Assembly: GCA_964493485.1 (NCBI GenBank)
Contig: CAZBMQ010000003.1
Location: forward strand, 8,468-72,467
Origin: an uncultured Candidatus Saccharibacteria bacterium
GTDB taxonomy: Bacteria > Patescibacteriota > Minisyncoccia > Minisyncoccales > JANBVM01
Direction: 5' to 3'
DNA: 64,000 nucleotides
How positions within the stretch are numbered: the first letter of the stretch is position 1; every line of letters starts with the position of its first letter. The translations under genes and the position numbers were made by a program. Of this stretch, positions 57,398-64,000 are shown piece by piece. Under the pieces are notes generated by a model, which was not told where the DNA came from, did no database searches, and saw nothing but the letters and a program-made list of their open reading frames with translations.

Positions 57398-58083
57398 CTA
57401 TTTTAGAGAAGAAGGATAGCTAATCGAAGCCATTAAAGCAGCCATCATCATTATTATCCGCGAAAAAACCAAGAACCAACCTGTCTTTATTGCTAATTCG
57501 TCAATAGCGGCTAAACTTAAAAAAATAAAAAGTGAAAGGGTAGCAATAAAGTCTTCTCTCTCAAGAATTTTTCCAATTAACAATTCTCTTTACAAAATCG
57601 AATATCACAAAAAGAAAAGTTGTCACATATGGAAATATAAAAATAAGCGAAGCTATTTTCGCCGGCTTATATTCAGAACCAACCTCAGAAATTTCGGGTC
57701 CTTCTATTCCGTCTTTCAACAAGAAAAATAAAAACAAAAGAGAACAGATACCTGCAAAATACTGAATATCTTTGTCAACTCCTTCTTTTTTGTCAACTTC
57801 CAGGCTGTGTGATACATCATAGGAACAAATACAAAAGAAACAAAAATCTGGTCAAAATAAAAGAAAAATCTATCCATATCAGTTTTTCCCAGAGCAAATG
57901 CAAAAATTCTTACAGCCATAAAAAGGAAAGTAAGGCCTAAAACATCCAAGATAAAGCAAAAGTAAATATCTTTTTATCTTTTTGTTTACGAGAGAAGATG
58001 GTAATCGATGTATAAAGAGCAGAGATACTAATAACAAAAAGGGGGGGAATATTATTTAAAACACCAATTGAAACTATCATTTT
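57398..58083 (-). pseudogene. Fragmented membrane-protein gene (pseudogene candidate, or frameshift/sequencing errors at homopolymer tracts)
   Basis: At least four consecutive hydrophobic ORF pieces on the minus strand in three different frames. Manual translation confirms two pieces (MIVSIGVLNNIPPLFV..., ...FLLKDGIEGPEISEV...). The track-listed ORFs at 57716-57949 and 57398-57583 are the other two. Junctions fall at an A-run and a G7/C7 tract (~58041-58047). Confidence 0.3.
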
Positions 58084-58141
58084 ATTGTTAATTTCTTATC
58101 TATAAAACGACCTTTGTTTGTTTCAAAATAACCCTTTGTCA

Positions 58142-60280
58142 CTATAACTTAGGCCAAGATTCTATCATTAAACATATTTTTTTATTCTTCAAAGGAAGTT
58201 TTTGATAGATTTCTTCTGTTACAAAAGGAATAAAAGGATGCAAAAGTTTCAAAGAAGACAACAACACATATAATAAAACTTTTTGGGTATTTTTCTTTTC
58301 TGATTCTAACTTTGAATTTCTTATTTGTTTTTTGGATTTTTCAATATATATATCGCAAAAATCATGCCAAAAAAACTCATAAATCGTTCTTGCAGCTCTC
58401 CCGAATCTAAAATTCTCCAAATGACTGTCTACAGATTTTATTGTCTTTTCCAATGCTTTTAAAATTCTTTTATCATTTCTGGTAAATTTCAAGTCATCTT
58501 TTAATTTATTTGGAATTTGAAATTTAATACCTGAACATTGAAACATCACATATCTTGCTGCATTCCAAATCTTATTACAAAATTTCTTTCCCATCACAAT
58601 AGTATCCTCTCCAAATTTTATATCCTGTCCACCAGTTGTCTGCCAAGCAAGTCCAAATCTAGTAGCATCGGCACCATATTTTTCAATTAAATCCATGGGA
58701 TCTATTCCTGTCCCAAGAGACTTTGACATTCTCTTTCCTTCCTTTGTCAAAACTGTGGGATGAATATATACATCTTTAAACGGTCTTTTCTTCATAAATT
58801 CCAATCCAGAAAATATCATCCTCAAAACCCATAGATTAATAATATCTCTTGCAGTAGACAAAACATCTGTAGGATAAAATTTCTTCAAATCTCTTGTTTT
58901 TTTAGGCCATCCCAAAGTGGCGAAGGGCCAAAGAGCTGAAGAAAACCAAGTGTCTAAAACATCTTTGGTGCCTTTCACAGGAATCTTATGTCCCCACCAA
59001 ATTTGTCTTGAAATGCACCAGTCTTTTATATTCTTGGTCCAATCAAAAAGAGTTTTCTCAAATCTTTTTGGATGAAATTTTATTCTTCCACTTTTCACTT
59101 CTTTCTCTGCCCTCTTTGCAAGTTTTTTCATCTTCACAAACCACTGCTCAGATGGTAGAATCTCAATTATAGTTTTGCAACGATAACACTGAGGAACCTG
59201 ATGAAAAATTTTCTCTATTTTTTGTATCAAACCCAGCTTATTTAAATCTTCTACGATTTTCTCTCGAGCCTCAAATACATTAAGTTTTTGATAATCTCTT
59301 GGGGCTTTTTCTGTAATTTTTCCTTGCTCATCAATCACTTTTACAACCTCTAGATTATGAGAAAGACCTATCTCATAATCCTTCATATCGTGAGCCGGAG
59401 TCACCTTCACAGCCCCTGTTCCAAACTTAGGATCTACTAATCTATCAGCAATAATTGGGATAACTCTATCTACTAAGGGCAGTATTGCGTATTTCCCTAT
59501 TAAACTGCTATATCTTTTGTCGGCAGGGTTCACGGCTACAGCTGTATCACCAAGCATTGTTTCGGGTCTTGTCGTAGCTACAACAATAAATTCTGATTTT
59601 TTTGATTTATATTTTCGAACTTGCTTTGAGTTTCGGGTTTTGGATTTTGGATTTTCCACAATTGGGTATTTTATATACCAAAACCTGCCCATTTCCTCTT
59701 TATATTCAAGTTCCAGGTCAGAAAGACTGGTTTGGCATTTTGAGCACCAATTAACAGGTCTTTCTTTTTTATAAATCAATCCTTTTTGATAATAATTCAA
59801 AAAAGCTTTTTTCACAGCATCAGAATATTGTCTATCCATCGTAAATCTTGTCCTGGACCAATCTAAAGAAGCACCGATCTTTTTAAACTGGTCAAGAATA
59901 ATATTCCCATATTCTTTCTTCCATTGCCAAACCCTTTTAATAAACAATTTTCTTCCCAATTCAAACCTGGTTTTTCCTTCTTTTTTCAATTCTTTTTCTA
60001 CGCGCACCTGAGTAGCTATTCCAGCATGATCTGTACCCGGCAACCATAGCGCTTTATAACCCTGCAGTCTTTTCCAGCGGATTAAAATATCGTTCACTGT
60101 AGCATTAAGCGCATGGCCCATATGAAGTCTCCCTGTTACATTGGGAGGAGGCAACATTATCACAAAGGGTTTTTTTCTCTTACCAGGTAGTTTATCTGGA
60201 TTAAAAAAACCAGACCTCTGCCAAAGACGATAAATCTTTGCTTCTACCTTTTCTGGATTGTAAGCTTTAGACAATTTCAT
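58142..60280 (-). CDS. valS: Valyl-tRNA synthetase (compact form without the long C-terminal coiled-coil)
   Basis: PPPNVTGRLHMGHAL (HIGH motif), WLPGTDHAGIATQ, KRMSKSLGTGIDP (KMSKS motif). The ATG at 60280 (MKLSKAYNPEKVE) is preferred over the TTG at 60307. Only ~185 aa follow the KMSKS motif. Confidence 0.85.
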   Translation of the reverse strand: MKLSKAYNPEKVEAKIYRLWQRSGFFNPDKLPGKRKKPFVIMLPPPNVTGRLHMGHALNATVNDILIRWKRLQGYKALWLPGTDHAGIATQVRVEKELKKEGKTRFELGRKLFIKRVWQWKKEYGNIILDQFKKIGASLDWSRTRFTMDRQYSDAVKKAFLNYYQKGLIYKKERPVNWCSKCQTSLSDLELEYKEEMGRFWYIKYPIVENPKSKTRNSKQVRKYKSKKSEFIVVATTRPETMLGDTAVAVNPADKRYSSLIGKYAILPLVDRVIPIIADRLVDPKFGTGAVKVTPAHDMKDYEIGLSHNLEVVKVIDEQGKITEKAPRDYQKLNVFEAREKIVEDLNKLGLIQKIEKIFHQVPQCYRCKTIIEILPSEQWFVKMKKLAKRAEKEVKSGRIKFHPKRFEKTLFDWTKNIKDWCISRQIWWGHKIPVKGTKDVLDTWFSSALWPFATLGWPKKTRDLKKFYPTDVLSTARDIINLWVLRMIFSGLEFMKKRPFKDVYIHPTVLTKEGKRMSKSLGTGIDPMDLIEKYGADATRFGLAWQTTGGQDIKFGEDTIVMGKKFCNKIWNAARYVMFQCSGIKFQIPNKLKDDLKFTRNDKRILKALEKTIKSVDSHLENFRFGRAARTIYEFFWHDFCDIYIEKSKKQIRNSKLESEKKNTQKVLLYVLLSSLKLLHPFIPFVTEEIYQKLPLKNKKICLMIESWPKL

Positions 60281-60307
60281 TTTGAAAATGAAATAAAAAT
60301 ATAACAA

Positions 60308-61396
60308 TTATATTTTAAGATTAGCATTTACTTTTATTTTTTTCCAGCCTCTCTTCCCTCGCTCTATCCACTTAAGATAACCTGTGACAGCTACCATTAA
60401 TGCATTATCAGTGCAATATTTTTTCTGCGGAATTAAATATTTTACATTCAGTAATTCTTTTTTTATCTTTTTTCTGAATTGTGTTCTCAGTTCTTTATTT
60501 GCAACAACCCCGCCTCCTAACATTATTGTCTTTGCCTTGAATTCTTTAGCCGCCTTTATAGTTTTTGAAATCAAAACATCAATGACTGCTTGCTGCACTT
60601 CAGCAGCCATTGCTTTTATATATTCTTTTGATGCTTTTATTCTAGATTTTTCCTTCTTGTAAGTATATAAAGCTGCTGTCTTTAAGCCAGAAAAACTGAA
60701 GTCGTAATTCTTTTGATTCATCATAGGTCTTGGCAGAGAAATTTTAAATCTTGAACTCTCAGGTTTGAATTTTAAAGCTTCTTTCTCTATAGCGGGACCA
60801 CCGGGATATCCTAATCCCAACATCCTGCCTATTTTATCAAAACACTCACCAGCTGCATCGTCTCTGGTCTCTCCTAAAATCTTGTATTTGCCAATTTTTT
60901 TCACTAAAATCAATTGAGTATGCCCTCCGCTTACCACTAAACAAACAGCTGGGAAGATATCATGTCCAGAATTTAGAATTGAAAATTTAGAATTGTTTCT
61001 GATTCGCTTCAGCAAACCAGAAACAATATGGGCTTCGATATGATTTACCGGTACCAATGAAGTGTGTAATTCTTTTGCCAGTTTTTTTGCAAAGTTTACC
61101 CCAACCCAAAGACAAGGATCTAAACCGGGACCTATTGTAACGGCAATCAAATCAACCTTTTTTGGTTTATCTAAAAACTTAAACCTTTTTGCAATCTTTT
61201 CAAATAATACAGGTAGATTTTTCTGGTGCTCTCTCTTTGCCAAAAAAGGATACACGCCTCCATATTTTTGATGAATCTTTATCTGGGAAGAAAGAAGATT
61301 GGACAGTATTTCAATTTTTGGATTTTTCTTTCCTTGAGCTCTAATCACAGCAATTCCTGTATCATCACAGGATGTTTCAATTCCTAAAATAATCAT
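60308..61396 (-). CDS. tsaD: tRNA N6-adenosine threonylcarbamoyltransferase TsaD (Kae1/YgjD family)
   Basis: MIILGIETSCDDTGIAVI N-terminus. HIEAH metal-binding motif. ASKHA fold signatures (GVVANKELR). 362 aa. Confidence 0.9.
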   Translation of the reverse strand: MIILGIETSCDDTGIAVIRAQGKKNPKIEILSNLLSSQIKIHQKYGGVYPFLAKREHQKNLPVLFEKIAKRFKFLDKPKKVDLIAVTIGPGLDPCLWVGVNFAKKLAKELHTSLVPVNHIEAHIVSGLLKRIRNNSKFSILNSGHDIFPAVCLVVSGGHTQLILVKKIGKYKILGETRDDAAGECFDKIGRMLGLGYPGGPAIEKEALKFKPESSRFKISLPRPMMNQKNYDFSFSGLKTAALYTYKKEKSRIKASKEYIKAMAAEVQQAVIDVLISKTIKAAKEFKAKTIMLGGGVVANKELRTQFRKKIKKELLNVKYLIPQKKYCTDNALMVAVTGYLKWIERGKRGWKKIKVNANLKI

Positions 61397-61499
61397 AATT
61401 AAAAATAAAATTTATCTAAATGACTCTATTGTCTTAATTAGTATATGCTATCTTTTTCCTTGTTTTTTTTCAATTCTTGAGTTAGAATAGGTTTAATTC

Positions 61500-61571
61500 G
61501 CCGCCATCGTCTAACGGTTAGGACGTCGGGCTTTCAATCCGGCAATCGGAGTTCGACTCTCCGTGGCGGCA
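61500..61571 (+). tRNA. tRNA-Glu (anticodon TTC)
   Basis: Acceptor GCCGCCA/TGGCGGC. D-arm GTCT-AACGGTTA-GGAC. Anticodon stem TCGGG/TCCGG (with G-U pairs) and loop CTTTCAA. T-arm CGGAG-TTCGACT-CTCCG. Discriminator A. Confidence 0.85.
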
Positions 61572-61616
61572 CAAATATGTGAAAATTATATCAAAGGAGT
61601 GTTTTCAGAAGAAGGA

Positions 61617-63158
61617 ATGTATATGAATAAAGATTATTTAGAGATTTCAAAAACTGCAGATTTAAAAAATCCAAAAGAAAAAATTGTATACCGTGTGCTT
61701 GAAATTCTTCCTGGATTTTTATCTTGGACAACCTTAATTTTGGCCTTTATATTGTCTTGGCTGGCGCCGGCAGTAATTGCCGTTTTTATTATTCTTTTTG
61801 ACTTTTATTGGCTTTTAAGAATTTTTTATTTATCAGTACATCAAATATCAAGTTACAAAAGAATGAAGGAACATTTAAAAACTAATTGGATAGAAAAACT
61901 TAATCAACTCGGAAAAAATTGGAAAGAAATATATCATTTAATAATCCTCCCTACCTATAAAGAAGGGGAGGAAATAATTGCAGGCTCCTGCCAAGCCTTG
62001 GTAGATTGCGATTATCCAAAAGAAAAAATGATAGTGGTATTAGCTATAGAAGAAAGAGCAGGGGAGACAGCAAAACAAATAGCAAGAAATATCGAAAAGA
62101 GATTTGCACACTATTTTTTTAAGTTCCTTATAACAGTACATCCAAAAAATTTACCTGGAGAAGTAAAAGGGAAAGGGTCTAATACATATTGGGCATTAAA
62201 AGAAGTAGAAAGAAAAATAATTAAACCTTTAAATCTGAAGGAAGAGAATATTATAGTATCGAGCTTTGATATTGACACAAAGCCCTATTCACAATATTTT
62301 GCATGTCTAACTTTTTATTTTCTAACAGTAAAGAAACCTGAAAGATGTGCTTTCCAACCAATCCCTGTCTATAACAATAATATATGGTCTGCTCCAAATT
62401 TCTCCAGGGTAGTTGCCACCTCAAATACATTCTGGCAAATGATGCAACAAGAAAGACCAGAAGTGCTTGTCACTTATTCTTCCCATTCAATGCCGTTTAA
62501 GGTTTTAAAAGAAGTAGGATATCCAAAAAATGTAGTACCAGATGATTCAAGAATATTCTGGAAGGCTTTTCTTTATTATAATGGAGATTATCAGGTAATA
62601 CCTCTTTATTATCCTGTATCAATGGATGCTGTTTTAGCAAAAAATCTACCCAGAACAATAATAAATCAATATAAACAACAAAGGCGCTGGGCTTGGGGAT
62701 GTGTAGATATTCCATTTCTGTTGTTCGGTTTTTTAAAAAACAAAAAAATCCCTCTTTCTAAAAAACTGTATCTATCATGGAACATCTTGGATGGTTTCTG
62801 GGCTTGGGCTACAGTCTCTCTGCTAGTATTCTTTCTAGGATGGCTACCTTTAATCTTGGGGGGAGAAAAATTCAATATCACCCTTCTTTCATATAATCTG
62901 CCGCGTGTAACAAGAAATTTAATGACGGTCTCAATGACAGGAATGCTAATCTCCTGTATTATTAGTTTTTTAATTCTGCCTCCTAAGCCTAAAAATTTTA
63001 GCAGACTTAAGAATCTCTCATTATTTTTGCAGTGGTTATTATTGCCAATAACTTTAATAGTATTCGGAAGTATCCCCTGTTTAGATGCTCAAACAAGACT
63101 TATCTTGGGAAAATACTTAGAGTTTTGGGTTACTGAAAAAACAAGAGTAAAAGTATGA
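61617..63158 (+). CDS. Membrane-integrated family-2 glycosyltransferase (processive beta-glycan synthase-like, QxxRW motif)
   Basis: Multiple TM segments flank a GT-A domain (ILPTYKEGEEI, SFDIDTKP (DxD), QQRRWAWG). The ATG at 61617/61623 with an upstream AAGGAG is preferred over the ORF-track GTG start at 61563, which overlaps tRNA-Glu. Confidence 0.6.
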   Translation: MYMNKDYLEISKTADLKNPKEKIVYRVLEILPGFLSWTTLILAFILSWLAPAVIAVFIILFDFYWLLRIFYLSVHQISSYKRMKEHLKTNWIEKLNQLGKNWKEIYHLIILPTYKEGEEIIAGSCQALVDCDYPKEKMIVVLAIEERAGETAKQIARNIEKRFAHYFFKFLITVHPKNLPGEVKGKGSNTYWALKEVERKIIKPLNLKEENIIVSSFDIDTKPYSQYFACLTFYFLTVKKPERCAFQPIPVYNNNIWSAPNFSRVVATSNTFWQMMQQERPEVLVTYSSHSMPFKVLKEVGYPKNVVPDDSRIFWKAFLYYNGDYQVIPLYYPVSMDAVLAKNLPRTIINQYKQQRRWAWGCVDIPFLLFGFLKNKKIPLSKKLYLSWNILDGFWAWATVSLLVFFLGWLPLILGGEKFNITLLSYNLPRVTRNLMTVSMTGMLISCIISFLILPPKPKNFSRLKNLSLFLQWLLLPITLIVFGSIPCLDAQTRLILGKYLEFWVTEKTRVKV

Positions 63159-63871
63159 GTTATTCTATCTTAAACTATTCAATCTATATCTTCTTTGGGG
63201 CTCTGCCAAGTATTTTGTGGCTTCAATTTTATCTGAGGAAAGATGTAAAACCTGAACCGAAACTAATGATTTTAAAAGTGTTTTTCTTGGGTATATTAGC
63301 TACAGTACCTGCAATTTTTTTAGAAACGGCTTTTTTTGAAAAAATCAACACATTAAATCTCTCAGAACCTTTTATTTTATTTTTAAACATGTTCCTGGGA
63401 GTAGCTTTGGTAGAAGAATTCTTAAAGTTTTTTGTAATAAAAGAAATGGTTTTAGACAATCCTGAATTCGATGAACCGGTAGACGCTATGATTTATATGA
63501 TTGTTGCAGCTTTGGGCTTTGCAGCAGGAGAAAATCTTTTAATTTTATTCCCTCTTGTAAACTCTGGTATATGGGAAGAATTGTTTGAAATTTCACTTTT
63601 AAGATTTCTAGGGGCAACCTTTTTACACGCCCTTTCTTCTGGAATAATTGGATTCTTTATAGGTATTTCTTTTTTTGAAAAAGAAAAAAGAGAAAAATTA
63701 ATTTTTCAAGGACTCTGTTTTGCCACCATCTTGCATGGTTTTTATAATTTCTCTATAATTAAAATGGAAAAAGGTCTAAAAATGATAAGTGCTTTCTTTC
63801 TTTTAATGACAGCTGCTGTATTTATTTCTTTTGGATTTAAAAAACTTAAAAGAATGGCAGGGGTTGAATAA
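63155..63871 (+). CDS. PrsW-family intramembrane metalloprotease-like protein
   Basis: Polytopic, 238 aa. PrsW-like motifs VEEFLKFF (EExxK) and FAAGENLL. Also HALSSG and HGFYN. Confidence 0.5.
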   Translation: MSYSILNYSIYIFFGALPSILWLQFYLRKDVKPEPKLMILKVFFLGILATVPAIFLETAFFEKINTLNLSEPFILFLNMFLGVALVEEFLKFFVIKEMVLDNPEFDEPVDAMIYMIVAALGFAAGENLLILFPLVNSGIWEELFEISLLRFLGATFLHALSSGIIGFFIGISFFEKEKREKLIFQGLCFATILHGFYNFSIIKMEKGLKMISAFFLLMTAAVFISFGFKKLKRMAGVE

Positions 63872-63882
63872 CAAAATCTTTT

Positions 63883-64000
63883 ATGAAAAATTCCTTTTTT
63901 CAAAAACTCAAAAAAGGAATGAAGCTAAATGAAACACCAAAGGAAGAAAAAGGGGAAATTAAAAATTCTGAAATAGAAGAAATCTCTATTGATCTAGAAG
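63883..64000 (+). CDS. Partial CDS (5' end only); N-terminus resembles signal-recognition-particle receptor FtsY
   Basis: MKNSFFQKLKKGMKLNETPKEEKGE resembles the common FtsY N-terminus (FFxKLKxGLxKT). Runs off the window end. Confidence 0.25.
   Translation, partial: MKNSFFQKLKKGMKLNETPKEEKGEIKNSEIEEISIDLE

Noticed and set aside
61563-61616. ORF-track GTG start at 61563 for the GT2 gene
   Set aside because: It overlaps the 3' end of tRNA-Glu (61500-61571). An ATG with an upstream AAGGAG at 61617 is a far more plausible start.

Overview
The window is AT-rich bacterial DNA with dense, mostly short-intergenic coding and archaeal-flavoured metabolic enzymes (cupin-type PGI, TrpB2). A Gram-positive-style type IV pilus lacks any secretin. 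Together this resembles a reduced-genome, Patescibacteria/CPR-like organism; that is inference only.

Housekeeping genes flank both sides:
- Left flank: uvrA (partial), uvrC, secG, an OppA-like binding protein, a sugar-nucleotide cluster (cPGI, galU, NTP-transferase, pgm), tRNA-Leu, rnj, trpB2, trpS, ychF, rpsF-ssb-rpsR, recA, ftsK, rpoC, rpoB, ftsW/rodA and ligA.
- Right flank: comFC, FKBP, DUF192, three tRNAs, recG, valS, tsaD, tRNA-Glu, a GT2 synthase, prsW and a possible ftsY start.

Between ligA and comFC lies a ~22 kb cell-surface island (30.1-52.3 kb):
- a complete type IV pilus machinery: pilM-N-O, a small membrane protein, pilB, a CheY-like receiver, pilT, pilC, three tandem paralogous pilins and pilD;
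- a separate minor-pilin operon with three prepilin-type proteins and a PilX-like protein;
- two giant modular surface proteins, one with FG-GAP/integrin-like repeats and one with WSDxxGWISF repeats, whose C-terminal PKD modules are a 309-bp perfect DNA repeat;
- a 776-aa extremely cysteine-rich secreted protein;
- a tail-fibre-like GIGTTNP-motif protein;
- a membrane protein fusing an unknown 6-TM domain to a UbiA prenyltransferase.

This pilus-plus-adhesin module, with signs of ongoing gene conversion, is the most interesting candidate system in the window. The window also contains a 5'-truncated MFS gene and a decayed membrane gene near the tRNA cluster, and a ~30-nt intergenic motif repeated upstream of rnj and ligA.
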